Source: Octopus vulgaris (taxonomy: Eukaryota). From it: a DNA stretch of 64,000 bases. The notes under the pieces were generated by a model that did not search any database, was not told the DNA's origin, and was given only the letters and a program-made list of their open reading frames with translations. Location of the stretch: NCBI GenBank assembly GCA_951406725.2, contig CATOCA020000001.1, positions 1,302,001-1,366,000 of the forward strand, written 5' to 3'. Positions 1-14,045 of this stretch are shown here, piece by piece. The position numbers were made by a program, and so were the translations under genes. The stretch's first letter is position 1. Each line of letters begins with the position of its first letter.

Positions 1-115
1 AATTGTCACCATTACCTGTTTAATTTCGCGCATGCGCATTCTTTGTTTTTGACTTTTGTCGACCACTCAGTATAGTATGATCAGTTGGGTACCGTCTGTG
101 AGAAAAACAGCACCA

Positions 116-740
116 TGGCGTAATTCACTCAGCCAGAAATTTTGGAAACGACATGCTGTACTGCTTGGCATTCGTGCCGAAATATCTAATATGAACATTT
201 CAGAGTGTTTGGGTGTCAGTCTGAGGAATGTGCAATCCAAGGACATGTACTGAGACTGATAAAAATCAAACATCCAGTCAACATCATGGTGTTTGGAGTG
301 ATCACTAGTGATGGTGACATTATGCTTTCATTCACAGTTTCATACTCAATACGGAGGCCTACATCAAGTGCCTGGAGAAGGTAGTGCTTCCCTGGAGCAA
401 AGGGGTGGCTGATGGAAGATCCTATCTCTGGTAGCAGGAATCTGTACCATGCCATACAACCAGGAGAACCCAGCCATGGCTGTCAGAAAAATTCTGCGAC
501 CACATCACCCCTAAAATCATGCCATCTAACTCCCCAGACTGGAACCCCCTTGATTATTATGCGTGGGGCGCAGTTGACTGAGAGGTCAGCAAAACCAATT
601 GTAACATCAAAAATAAACTAAATGCAAGGATTATGGCAGTATTCACAAAATTAAACAAGGTGACCGTCGAGAGGAGTTGCAGGAGATTCCAAAGCTGACC
701 GGAAGACGTGGTTGAAGCCAATAGCGAATTTATTGAATAC
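116..740 (+). mobile_element. Decayed, internally deleted Tc1/mariner-superfamily (maT/DD37D-like) transposase
   Basis: N-terminal WKRHAVLLGIRA..ISECLGVSLRNVQ, then KHPVNIMVFGVITSDG, W*QESVPCH, SPDWNPLDYYAWG and VVEANSEFIE across stops and frameshifts. Confidence 0.8.
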
Positions 741-835
741 ATTTACTTTCAAGATATTTTTCTGTTATTTTGTGTGCGTGTGTGTGTGTGTGTGTGCGTG
801 TGTGTGTATGTGTGTGTGTTTTGTGTGAGGATCCT

Positions 836-2900
836 CCTATAGATGATACACAAGATAGCAATCCCTCCACACTATCTATCAAAAACCGCATTATCCACAT
901 ATGGAATGAAAAATTTAGAGCCAGAAAATCTTCTTTCTGGAATGCGATTAAAAACAACCACAAGGCAGAAATCTACGAACGCTGGTTAAACTCTACACCA
1001 ATAATTTTGCCTCATAAATTCCAATTTAAACATATTCCAAAGAAGCCGACATAGGAAGTGCGATAGTAGTGATGAATACAGAATACTACAAAAATTTAAT
1101 ACTTTCCATGTTGGAAAATAATACTTACTATGAGAAATTAATACATAACCCACGGAAAACACTGAAAAACCTGCCCTCCTTTTCTCCAAAATTAATGGAG
1201 GGGGTCTCACTAAACTTGAAATAGACTTTTTACCCAATTTTAAATACGGTCCTAGTCTAATCTACGGATTACCCAAAATACATAAAAATCCACACATTTG
1301 TGAAGCCTGCAAAGTCTCTACAAGCCTATGCATTAATGTCCCTCCCCCTACTGACCTCAAACTGAGACCCATCATAGCTGGCCCTTCTTGTGAAACCCAC
1401 CGTTTCATAACTTCCTCCACACCTTACTCAAAATGTTTTTTAAAAATATGTCAAAAAAATCATGTGAAAAGCTTTATCAGGGATGACCTAGACATGCCGA
1501 ACCACCTCTCGAATACATTGAAGGAAGGAACCCTGCTGGTATCTTTCGATGTGGTGAATCTGTACACCAATATCCCACACGACTATGGTATAGAAGCAAT
1601 CACATTCTGGTTAGAAAAATAACCAGAAGAGATCTCAGGACACATTTTCCACAGATTCATAATCGAAGCACTCAAATTCATCTTGCTGAACAACTATTTC
1701 ATATTCGATACAACTTACTATCGACAAAAATGTGGAATTGCAATGGGAACCAGAGCTGCTGCAGTGATTGCAAACCTTGTAATGGGTTACCTAGAACTTA
1801 ATTTATACCAATCATTAATACAAAAATATGGGGCCTCTTTTGATTGCTATTTAAAGGAGAACTGGATGAGGTATTTGGATGATTGCTTCATAATTTAGAA
1901 AGACAGCATGGACAAACTCCTTGATTTGAAAGTAATGTTAACAACATACATAGCAATATTTGATTCACTATGGAACACAATAGTAAACAACTTCCTTTTC
2001 TAGACATCTTAATTAAAATAGTTAAAAACCACATAGAAACAGACATCTTTTGTAAACCCACAGATTCTAAACAATACCTATTATTTAACTCTTGTCACTC
2101 CAAACACATAAAAATTAATATACCTTTTAATCTGGCGAAAAGAATCTGTACTATATTTTCGGATACATATACTCGTGATCAAAGACTTCTTGAACTTAGA
2201 TCAACACTATCTAAAAGACATTTCCCAATGTCATTAATAAATGATGGCACTAAAAGAGCTAAGGAAATAGATATACAAATATTAAGGCAAGCCTGCCGAA
2301 ATACTAAACCCGACTTAAAAATACTCCCGTACATTTCCACACATAACCCTAGAAACAACGAAGCCTTCAATATTATCACCCATAATCTTCCCATCCTCAC
2401 AGGAGACAAAACAACGAACAAAATTTTAAGCTCATACAAAATTATATAAAGCAAAATGCAACCGAAGTCACAGAAAAAATATTAACCAGCGCAAGAGTAT
2501 ATCCACTAACAACAGAGCCAAAAGTGAAAAAATGTGGTCCTCCTAACTGTGGGTTCATAATTCCAATTCAAACAAGGTGAAATATTTAAATATCAAATCA
2601 AATTTCACCTGGGCCTCGGAAAATCTAATCTCTGCCATGACATGGTAACCACTATAATGGACAAACAGGAATAAAACTCCCTTGAAGAACCACCATCCAC
2701 AAAGAGCAAATCCGCCACCCACAATACAGACAGTTACAGGTTAGTGAACACATAGAAAGGTGTGCTAGGAATATTAATCCTAATTTCCAAATCTCCCCCC
2801 TCTATCAATGTTCACAGAACACCTAAATGCAACAAAGGTTGAATAAAGAGGCAATTTTCATCAAGAAATATCTTCCACAACTGAATAAAAACACACGACT
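836..2900 (+). mobile_element. Decayed Penelope-like retroelement (RT + GIY-YIG)
   Basis: KEADIGSAIVVMN (~1040), IYGLPKIHK, LRPIIAGPSCETH, SFDVVNLYTNIPHD, GIAMGT, RYLDD (ORF 1683-1898), LPFLD/KPTD..YL..SCH (ORF 1970-2449); endonuclease relics near 2600-2880. Confidence 0.9.
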
Positions 2901-3320
2901 TAATACAGAACACTACTAACCCTTCAATTAACACCGCTAGCCACTGTACATTCCTTACACCATCCACACTACAATTCTATATCTAACCTTACTGCACAAA
3001 ATCCAGAACTACTTACCTCCCTTACAAATAATCTTTTTACTCAGGAACTATTTGACCTGACACCGCTCATTAGCCGGCGTTCATTCAAAGCAATGAATAG
3101 CTTATGCCGAAAGCATGGTATGTTTTCTGACTCTTTAATTATCTCATAATAATGACTTTTATGACTCTCATTACTTCCTCAGTCAATCTAAACGTATATA
3201 TCTGTCGTTACCTTTCATAAAAAAGCTTTTTCTTGTTTTATTTACAATGTGCATTTTCGTAAATTTTTCATATTATCCCCTTTCATTTCCACTTGTATTT
3301 TCTATTTTCTTCTGATAACA

Positions 3321-3379
<59 letters not shown>

Positions 3380-3482
3380 GTTCGGGGTGAGTACTTGATA
3401 AATGTAAGCACCTGTATATACCGTTAGGTGGTGTAGGTGGTGGAGTAAATTGATCAAAATAAAATATGATGCCAAGGATTCA

Positions 3483-3560
3483 GCGGTACATATGTTTCGG
3501 GCCTTTATTAGACAGATTTATAACAATGCATAATGTATGTCTGTGGCTTTCTTCAGCCGC
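3483..3560 (-). ncRNA. Type I hammerhead ribozyme-like motif (inverted twin of 5867-5944)
   Basis: Reverse complement reads GCGG-CTGAAGA-AAGCC..GGCCC-GAAA-CATATG-TA-CCGC. Confidence 0.65.
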
Positions 3561-5391
3561 GCACAACAACTTCTTCCACAAGGACATGTGTTACATCAAA
3601 AATTCTTGGTTGGGGATGCAAATCCTCTCATTCGCGTACGACATAATGCGGCAACAGCATAGAATTGAAGCGTCCATCTCGTTCTTCTCTCAATGTAGAA
3701 TGAGGAAATTTGGATGTTGAAGTAATGTAAATAAATTAATAAATAAATATATACATATATAGGTATATAAATGCAGATAGACGTGAAGTGACCTGGTAAT
3801 AAGAGTAAATAGGGGTAAAGATGGAGGGGCGAGAATTCAGGACGAAGGATAAAAAATATATAAAAAAGTGTAAGTATAGAAAAATATAAAAGTGTAGAGT
3901 ATGAAGATATAAAGAGATATAAGGAGATATTAAGGGGATATAAAGAATATAAAAAAATATACATGAATATAAAGGTATAAAGTTATAAAAGTAAAAATAG
4001 AAATAGAAATAAAAGTAAAACTAGAAGTAAAAATAGAAATAAAGAATAGAAATAAAAATAAAAATGGGAATAAAAATAATAAAAAATGTAAAAGAATATA
4101 AGGATAAGGGATTATAGTGGATACGGACCAGACATGGTGGTCAGGAAAATGACAAAATCTAGTTGTAGCAGTTTTGGGTGTCAATAAATCAACAGTGGTG
4201 TCTGGGGACTTAGTGTATTGTAAATCAGAGTTGTTGATCAGCTAATCTAGTTTCTCGAATTAAGTGGTCATCATGTACATACATACCCGCATGGGTACAT
4301 ACACCCATATACACGCGCACATATACGCACGCATACACAGCTCCAAGCATATAAGCATACATACTTACTCACGTGTGAACATATACAGAAACACATATAG
4401 ACACCCGCACACATGCGCATATATACATACATACAACAGAATATGCGTATATATACACGGACATTATACGCGTACATATACATATATACATATATACGCA
4501 CACACGCACATACACGCATACATGTACACATACACATATGTATACATATATGCACATGTATACATATACATACATACACCCATGCACACACCTATATATA
4601 CATACGTACGTCCATCTTTACATACACATACACAGATGCCCACACATACAGGTTTAGATATAAGATATTAAAAGATGTATATAAGAACGCATGTAAAGAA
4701 CCACGCACTCGCGTCTACATGTACACGCACACACAACTGTGTGTCTATATGTGCGTGTACACATACACTTACATACACATACAGAGACAAACGCGCGTAT
4801 AGGTATAGCTATAAGATATTAAAAGATGTATACAAATATGTGCATATAAGAAATCTGCGAAAACATGTAAAACAACATGTAAAAAATTTTTTTAAATTAT
4901 TAAAGAAAATTCTTAAAGAAAATTCTTAAAGAAGAGTAACGGGGTATGCACATCCAGACGTAGATGTTTACTCGTACATACGTACACATATGTATACGTA
5001 TACACATGTACACGGACGCACGTATGATCATAAAGCGGATCCATAGATATGTAAATAGGGGAAAATCAAAAAATAGACGTATATAGAGATATAAAGTGAT
5101 AAGTTAGGGGTAAAAATAGGGGTAAGAATGAGGGTAAGAATAAAAATTAGAAATAAAAGTAAGAAATACAATATAAAAAAGAAATACAATATAAAAGTTA
5201 GAAATAAAGTATAAAAATTATAAGAACTATAAGAATTAAAATAAGGAATGAAAATAAAAATAAGAATAAAGGTAAAGCGAAATAGAATAGGATAAAGTAA
5301 AAAAACAACATAATCGGGTAAAGCTTAACATGAGATGGAGGAAAAAAAATAAAAGGTGGTTGAATATATACGTACACACACACACACATAT

Positions 5392-5428
<37 letters not shown>

Positions 5429-5866
5429 TATATACACATACATACGGGCACATATAGGAAAGCGGGATGCGCTGGAGCCGACAGGTTGCACCGTGTGGGA
5501 GGAAATTGCATGGGGGAGTTGGTATAATAGCCTAAGCTTTGTAGTATTTGAAAGTATTAATAAGTTTGTGTATACAGGATAGTTTGAACTCCGACCTTTT
5601 GTTAATAAGGTTGTGTTTGTCTTTGAATTTCAAGATATTCAGGAGTTCTACACAACATAGTTGGCATCCTGCTCTATTATATATGTATATATTTATTTAC
5701 ATTACTTCAACATCCAAATTTCCTCATTCTACATTGAGAGAAGAACGAGATGGACGCTTCACTTCTATGCTGTTGCCGCATTATGTCGTACGCGAATGAG
5801 AGGATTTGCATCCCCAACCAAGAATTTTTGATGTAACACATGTCCTTGTGGAAGAAGTTGTTGTGC

Positions 5867-5944
5867 GCGGCTGAAGAAGGCCACAGACATACATTATGCA
5901 TTGTTATAAATCTGTCTAATAAAGGCCCGAAACATATGTACCGC
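5867..5944 (+). ncRNA. Type I hammerhead ribozyme-like motif
   Basis: Stem I GCGG/CCGC, core CTGAAGA, stem II GGCC/GGCC with long insert (ACAGA/TCTGT), GAAA, palindromic CATATG, GUA cleavage triplet. A-C mismatch at the base of stem II. Confidence 0.75.
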
Positions 5945-6007
5945 TGAATCCTTGGCATCATATTTTATTTTGATCAATTTATATATATATATATATATAT
6001 ATATGTG

Positions 6008-6195
6008 CATACATACAGACATACATACATGCATACATGCATGCATACATACATACATACATACATACATACATACATACATACATACATACATGTATAC
6101 ATACATACATACTTACATATATACATACATATATACATACATACATACATACATACATACATACATACATACATACATACATACATACATACATA
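6008..6195. repeat. (CATA)n microsatellite
   Basis: Direct reading. Confidence 0.95.
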
Positions 6196-6452
6196 CGTGT
6201 GTATGTGGTTTTTTATGCGATTTTAGATCTGCGAGCCTTTGAAACTTTGCGTCCTCGAGTAAAACGAATTTGACTTTTGAAATCCGATTTCCAAGGTAAA
6301 CATCGTCCATAAAATAGAATAAATGTCATAATCCTCCACGTGAAATAACCCAACTTTAAGATCTCAACCTCCCTCACTATATCTTTCACTACCCATGTAT
6401 CTTATATTTGCCATACTATTTGATGCTCTCTCTCTCTCTCACTCTCTCTCTC

Positions 6453-6485
<33 letters not shown>

Positions 6486-6945
6486 GTGAATTAAAAACCA
6501 ATCATTGCTTTCATTTTGTTTAAAATCTCTCCTACTTCTACTTTATGATACAAGTGTTCACACACAAACAGCTTAGCTTCCAAATCTTGTTTTCTGGGTA
6601 AAAATGATAAAACTTCGAACCTCTGATGTGTTTTCTAAACTTTTTCTCGAATAAACGAATAAATTTCAAAATTTCCACATACTTTTCAAATTTCAAATTC
6701 TGTGACACGAATCGAAAAGTTCGCTCTCTAATTGCTTATTTCTTTTCATTTCTCATAGTAAACCTTCTCACACATTATGAAAGTTTACCGCTCACACTAA
6801 GTGCATGTCGTGTTCCCAATGTGTGTCGTGTTCCTAATATATATATATAGGTGTGTCTGCGTGTGTGGATGTAAGAATGAGTGCGTATTTTTGTGCGTTA
6901 TTGTGTGTATACGTATGTGCAGAAGAATTATATTCATATACTTAA

Positions 6946-6991
<46 letters not shown>

Positions 6992-7857
6992 GTGGAATTA
7001 AGAGTTTAATTATAATGTCTTCACTTACCTGAAGAGTAGCTATATATCATTAGATCGAAGAAATATTAATTTTTCAGATTATCGATTTTGATAATGTCGA
7101 TTTAAATATATCGTCACGAAACGCATCTCGTTGATTTAATGTGCGAAATTTAGTATAGTATGTTTCAGTATATTATTAATAATATATTTATATTTATATT
7201 TTATTATAGATAATATTTTTCAATATTAATTGAATTACTTTATGGAGGGTCTGTCTCTTAATTATACATATATATATATATATGTGTGTGTGTGTAAATA
7301 CACCTATATATATATATATATATATATACATGCATACGTATATCCATGCATACCAGTATATATCATATATACACATTCACACACATGCACTCACACATAC
7401 ATATATATATAGTGAATATTATCTTCCAATTCTTCAAGTCATTAATCAGCAACCATGCTGGCAACCCTCCTAGAAGGTATTTTATTCGAATATATTCTCC
7501 ACGGTATTTAAAGTTTGAAAGTCTGTTACTTATTATATCGTTCTCTTTTGAGGAACTGTTAAGTTATGGGGGCGGAATATCTCAAGAGACTAATACAACC
7601 ACAATGATTAAAGCTCACACACATACACATACACCCATGTATATATGTATATACATAAGACAGGCCTCTTTCAGTTTCTGACAACAAAATCTACTCCTGA
7701 CACGAGTATATAGAATTGGACACTTGGTGAATGCATCACGTATTAACACTGACCCCTACTCCTTGTGGTTGCAAATCAAGCTTCTTATTATGCAGACACG
7801 CCATTGATTTTATACACACATACATTTATATAGATATACATATATATATTTATAATG

Positions 7858-7930
<73 letters not shown>

Positions 7931-8329
7931 GTATATATATATGTATATATATATATATATATATAAAAATATATATAAATATATATTATCCTGCTTTAAA
8001 CACCTACACATTGGACTTACACTTACTACTGCCTGAACTTTCTGCATCTCTCCGTTTCTACACTTCTGCACTCTACCCGATTGCCACTGGATATAATTAT
8101 GGATTTCACGGGACTCATCTGTTAATGAAAAATCCCTCCAATACACTACAACTTTTAATCCTTTTTGAACTTCTGTTTTTTTCCTCATTTTCTTTATTTT
8201 GACGATCGTAAGCTCGAAACGTAAAGCCCTTTCTCACTTTTCGGAGTTTCAAACTAATACACACATTGTTCATATATCTGTGTTCGTCTTTTGTTTTTCT
8301 GTAAATTTCAACCTTGTTTATATATGTAT

Positions 8330-8409
<80 letters not shown>

Positions 8410-8552
8410 TTAGATACATTTGTGTACATTTAAACACATAAGAGGTATCCGTCATAGGATTCCTGCACGCTAGAAGGAACAGCTAAAATCAAAATCGCTA
8501 TTAGGGATAATCATTGCAGGGAATGAATATTATAAAACATTTACCTCTATCT

Positions 8553-8622
8553 CCTAGACAACGGATTCAGACATATTTTTAGCAAATAAAATGATTTGCT
8601 TGTCGAACTCTTCATCAGCAGG
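8553..8622 (-). ncRNA. Decayed hammerhead-like motif
   Basis: Reverse complement reads CCTG-CTGATGA-AGAGTTC..TGAATC-[GAAA missing]-CGTTG-TC-TAGG. Confidence 0.35.
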
Positions 8623-8855
8623 TACAACTAGATTAAAACATATAAGCGTGAGGCAATTCAACATTGCCTCTTATGTGATAACTCTTATGTGTTTAAATAT
8701 GTTTAAATGTGTTTAAACACATAAGACGGATACCTCTTATGTGTTTAAATGTACACTGCATTTATATGAATAATATATAGTCTATTGACAATTTCTTTAC
8801 ACGTTAGGCCATTTTTATTACCCTGTTATTGTTAATTATAGATTGATAGATAGAC

Positions 8856-8904
<49 letters not shown>

Positions 8905-8909
8905 TAGAC

Positions 8910-11640
8910 ATATTTCTCTATTAGCCATGCAAGGCTGCACACAGACGGGAGAGATTACAATGTAGAGCTTTTCTTTTTTAGGAAATTAAAGATGGGTTAG
9001 ATTTTCGATCAAAAGGGATCGTAAAAGGGAAAGAAGAAGAAAAAAGGAAAAGAAACAAAAGAAAACAAACGATCAATAGGGATCGTGTATCACAGTGTCA
9101 TGATGTAAGGTGTAAAGGGGGAAGAAGATAAGGTTTATCCATGGGAAGAAAAGCCTACGGAAAAGACCACGGTAACCTCGGTCAATATTGTTACATATTA
9201 CCACATTTGTTTGCAAGTAACCCTATGTTTTAAATTTCCGGTTTCATAGGATTATGCTCAAGCTGGCTTCGTCATTCATACGAGCCATCCTTGTTACATT
9301 CACCCATCTTTTTTAAAACATTCGCTAGACAAAACTTGCCTCTCTACTCTCACTTTCCTTTTCAAATGATACTTGAAGATGTTGATGACCAGAGAGGAAA
9401 GTGTTTGTCTCCAATCCTTTCAGACGCGTCCACCAGATACATTCTTTCGCCATATGATAAAAAATAGCTCTTCATTCCTGTTTAAAAGAAGGAGGCGTGA
9501 CCATATTGACGATAGACTCGGCTGATAAACCGACTCGTCCCACACGTGACAGCAGTTGTTCGACATAGGCCCACAAGTCAGAAATGGTTGGACAGTGCAC
9601 GAGTGCGTGCAGAACGGTTTCGTCGCTCTGACTGCATCTCGGGTAGGTCGGCCCCGTGTTCCTCGAGCCGTGTCAGTAGAACTTATCCCGAAGGAGTAGC
9701 GCTTCTCGGTAGCACTGCCAGGCCAGGGATCTCTGGATGTTGTCAATGGGCCCTTGCCCGAAAGTCGTCCTGAACAGGCGGCTTAGGTATTCCTCGTCGA
9801 GGTCCAGGTTCGCCCCGAGCTCGTCGTCGCACCGCCCCTCCACTATAGAATGCTTGGGTTGTGTTGAAGTCACTCATTGTCGACCCGGGACGGCATAGTT
9901 GCTTAACAGCAACGCGACACTCGCGGTAACATTCGTCCTTTCTCGGCCTCTTTTTGATCCACGACTGCAGTTTTGTCATGGAGACGAGTTGCGGGAAACG
10001 TGCCTCACAAACAGCGACTATATCTGTTCACCGTCGTCTACGTAAAGCCCGAGATGTCGCAGTCTCAGCGCGTGTGTGTGCATCATCAAACACGGCATGC
10101 CCAGTCCTCCCCTTTAACGGGTGCTGACAGCAAGTGGATCGCCTGACCATCGGGACGCATCATTTCCGCAAAACGCAACAGAAAATGCGTTCTAGTTTGG
10201 TAATGTTAGGGTCTGGACAAGGCACGACGGTCAGGCGGTAGTAGATGACGGACGCGATGTACGAGTTGGCCACCTCCACCCAACCATTTAGGGACAGTTT
10301 CCTCTCGGCCTATTGCCGGGCGAGAGTGACCACCCCACTCATTATCTCGTTCCAGTTCTTCTCCATCTGGAGGTCCGGTCCAAACCAGACCCCGAGAAAC
10401 TCCACCGGACCGTCGGTCCAGCGTCCCATGACGGAGGCTCTGATGGACGGCCTGGGCTTGCTTCTCCAGGTGCCGAGTCGCAAGCCCACTGATTTTTCCC
10501 GGTTGATTTTCGCTCCTGTCACCACTTCGTAGTCTTGCAGTGTCACTCCGACCTGCTCGATATGCTCGTGTCTAGACACTATGACGGTGTCATCGTCAGC
10601 GTATGCAGACACGCTCGTCACGCATTCCAATTCTCGTGGGATGCCCCTCAGAGTTGCCAGCTTCCGCAATAATGGTTCGAGAATCAATGCGTACAGAAGC
10701 GACGTGCAATGTCGAAAAATCTCTATAGATGCTCATTTACACAAATTACCGTACGGATGCCTGTGTACAAAGCGGCTATCCAGCCACGGAAGACGGCACC
10801 GAAACCAGCCGCTCTGAGAACAGCCTCCAAGTATCGAAAGATTTCGATTGATCCAAATTGATCAGCGCCCCACCCATGCCAGGTTCCTTAACTACCCTGT
10901 CTATGATGTAGCACATCAGGTGGAGGTTGTCATTGATGCTCCGGCCCGGCACGGCGCACGTTTGCGCCTTGTCGACCAGTTTCTCGATGAAAAGCGACAA
11001 CATCTTGGCTAACAACTTGGCCAAAATTTGCAAGTCTGCATTGAGCAGTGATGGGCCTAAAGTTATCTATAACATTCCCCTTGTTTAGATCTTTCTTCAG
11101 GAGTGTTACGGCTCCTCAGATCACAAAACCAGGAATGCTCCCGTATTGCTGCCAGTTGTAGTACACCGCTGCCAAGACGTCTCCAAACAAGTCTGGCATA
11201 CAACTGTAAAGCTCGTAGGGTAGACCATCCAAACCTGGCAACTTGTCACTCGAGCATTCTGCCATCGCGTCCCGCACTTCCGCCGCCGTGATGTCACCTT
11301 CGCAGCGCCCTGCCTCTCTTGTCGAGAGTCGTGGTATGCTGTGTAGGTAGGCACTGAAGTCCACCCTACGCTCTTGCCCGCCACTCGTCCCGAACAGTCG
11401 GGCAAAATGCTGTTGGAAGGCCTCACACATTTTACTTGGCTCGAGCAATTCGCGCCCCTGTTCATCTACGAGAGAATGAATTGTGGCTTTGTTGCCCTGT
11501 TGCGCTTCTGCCACCCGGGTTTCTCTCGCGGCTCTAACACCTTCGTTCCTTAGAGCACGCATCCTAGCTGTGACAACACACCCTTCGTGTTTTGCGTTGA
11601 AGTGTTGGTCGAGGGCGAACCTCGCCGCCAAAATGTCGGA
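8910..11640 (-). mobile_element. Decayed, 5'-truncated Tx1/L1-clade LINE (ORF2 relic + 3' UTR)
   Basis: Fragments KLPGLDGLPYELY, AQTCAVPGRSINDNLHL, LDQSKSFD, SAYADD, VTGAKINREKS and SLAWQCYR are homologous to the intact ORF2 at 46055-49450. Confidence 0.92.
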
Positions 11641-12154
11641 TAGATAGCTAGATGGAACGAGACAGAGAGAGACATACATACATACATACATATATACATA
11701 CATACATACATACATACATACATACATACATACTTTTATATACATACATACGTAGATAAAAAGAATAATTTTAAAAATTGGTATGCAAATCACGTAGCCT
11801 CCTTCCGACATAAGGACACAAGCAAAGCTACTAAGTTCGCTACATATTCTTTATTAACATTTTGCAAACTTTCCAGCCCTTTAATTTAAGAGCTAAAAAG
11901 GATTACACTTTCACCATTTCTACTTTTTAATTTTTAGATTTTTGTGTTTTCATTTTCTTTTGTTTTAACTTTCTACATTTTCTATATGCTATATTCTCAG
12001 TTTTCTCAAGTTTCTTCTCTTATTCATTTTTCTTTAGTTCGTAATGATATGTTGTTTGTGCCTGGTGTATATGTTTGAGATATCTCTCAACATATGAAAC
12101 TGAACTTAAAGTCATAGACTGTGTCCATTAAATTAATAAATAGTATATATATTG

Positions 12155-12413
12155 TTGTTTGTTTATTCTCGAGCCATGCCTGGCTCATAAGCGACGAGAC
12201 ACCGGACCATTGCCGGTGAGCTGCTAGAAGCAAGAGGAAAGAGTGAGAGAATGTGGTGGAGAAAGAGTCAGCAGAGGTTCACCATTACCTTAGGCCGGAG
12301 CTGCGTGGAGCTGAGGTGTTCCGCTCATAAACAGACATCGCATAATCTGAGATTCGAACCCGCAATCCCTCGAGCGCGAGTCTGCTGCTCTAACCACTAG
12401 AACTTGTGCCTCC
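12155..12413 (-). mobile_element. tRNA-derived SINE
   Basis: Minus-strand head has an A box (TAGTGGTTAGAGC) and a B box (GGTTCGAATC); body resembles the copy at 20880-21169. Confidence 0.8.
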
Positions 12414-12427
12414 TTATATATATATAC

Positions 12428-12487
<60 letters not shown>

Positions 12488-12493
<6 letters not shown>

Positions 12494-12713
12494 GGAATAA
12501 AAATGGAGTTAACGCAGGTTTAAACAAGTATTTTTACTTTCTACATATGTTTCAAAATTCCACTGATACTTATTCAAAAGAATAAAAGGTATAAACAATG
12601 CATTGTTTATACCTTTTATTCTTTTGAATAAGTATCAGTGGAATTTTGAAACATATGTAGAAAGTAAAAATACTTGTTTAAACCTGCGTTAACTCCATTT
12701 TTTATTCCTATTA
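12488..12713. repeat. Near-perfect zero-spacer palindrome (~113-bp arms)
   Basis: 12541-12600 is the exact reverse complement of 12601-12660; the outer arms differ by one T. Confidence 0.95.
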
Positions 12714-12852
12714 TTCAAATATTCAACGTAAACACGAAGTTTCAACCTTTATAAACAAGGAGTTACAACATCTTTACTTGTGAGATTTTTGCTGTCCTGG
12801 TAACTATTCATTCATTTATCCGTGTTAAATGTTAACAAGGTAAAATACACTC

Positions 12853-12936
<84 letters not shown>

Positions 12937-13399
12937 CAAAATAAAAACACGACGCAAAGGATTTTGTGGTACATATGTTTCGGGCTTTATTGAACAACTT
13001 ATATCAATGCAGATAGACCTCTGGCCTTGTATTGAAATCTTCTACATTCACTCTGCCAACTGTTACCAATTAAGATGTTATATCTGATTCGGCAGGCATT
13101 TTACTCGCTTAACGCTTTTGACATACTCCTCCATACTGGACCGTCTGAAATCGCAGTGAATTGTTTGGATGTACTTCGACACATTGAAAGTGACGTCTGT
13201 TTATTTCTCCCCCCCTTAATGTCACTCTTGGTACAAAATTGATCAGTGTGTCCAATCGCAGCAAAGTCTAAAGAAAAGTGGTAAGGTTATGTCGTAAAAT
13301 AGAATCCATTTGACCATTTACATGAAAATATTCCATTGACATTTAAATCTCAATACATTATATAAATAACCGACGTTTTATATGTCGAAGTGCTTAATT

Positions 13400-14045
13400 T
13401 TACTCACTGTTCAATTTTCTTCAAAATCAGTTCATTATTTTATTGTGAATGATTTTGACGATTTCTGCCTTTCATCATTTTATTTTAATTCTACTACATG
13501 ACTCCGACCACAAACTTTCCCAAGAAGTCAAAGTTAATCAAAATCGGATGAATTATGTGAAAGTTACAACAGAAAATACTAATACTAAGGGTGATTGAAT
13601 ACAAAAAGCGTATTGATTTCTTAAAATCCAACGCTCACTTTGAAATTTACGGCCAAAAATAAATTCTCTGTGGATATTTGTACGCAAAACGCTTATTCAT
13701 TTTATGAAACCACTTCTCAGGCGCATTTGCCGATTCTTTCCTTAACGTCATATACTGACATCAACTCACTCCCATGAGCCTCGTTCACTCATCGATTTTC
13801 ATCAAAATTGGATAGAAACTGCAAAAACTGCAGGTAAATAACATCGTCATGGGAATATCCGATGTTACTGAACAAAATTTTTTAAATGTCGCCATTAAAA
13901 CAATTTTTAAAGAGCTTCCTGCCATCATTTTCAACACTGAAGTGAAACGTAGGAAAAAGATATCTTGTGTGGGAGTGCTATACTAAAAGTCTTCAAAAAT
14001 ATTCTGTTTTGTGAATTTCTCGGCAACGAAGGGATATTCAGCTAG
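13400..14045 (+). mobile_element. Non-autonomous Helitron 3' part
   Basis: Ends CTCGGCAACGAAGGG-ATATTCAG-CTAG|T (14019-14046), an imperfect hairpin plus CTAG terminus. Left boundary uncertain. Confidence 0.5.

Larger units (their letters stand above)
3376..5980 (-). mobile_element. 5'-truncated Penelope-like element with inverted pseudo-LTR copy
   Basis: Minus strand 5668-5530 reads CQLCCVELLNILKFKDKHNLINKRSEFKLSCIHK (PLE C-terminal CxxC..LNKRSE..CxH type motif). ~300-bp inverted repeats at 3449-3760 and 5679-5978 each carry a hammerhead motif. Confidence 0.7.

Noticed and set aside
3055-3120. Possible hammerhead at the end of the first PLE (also ~8200 and ~33655)
   Set aside because: Core too degenerate to support a call.
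3466-3720. 84-aa ORF duplicated at 5707-5961 as a possible small protein gene
   Set aside because: It is the antisense of a hammerhead-bearing inverted repeat and has no recognisable protein motif.
4264-8429. Many YIYI, HTYI and VCMY ORFs (also at 25, 34 and 40-42 kb)
   Set aside because: Translations of (TA)n, (CATA)n, (CA)n and (GATA)n microsatellites.
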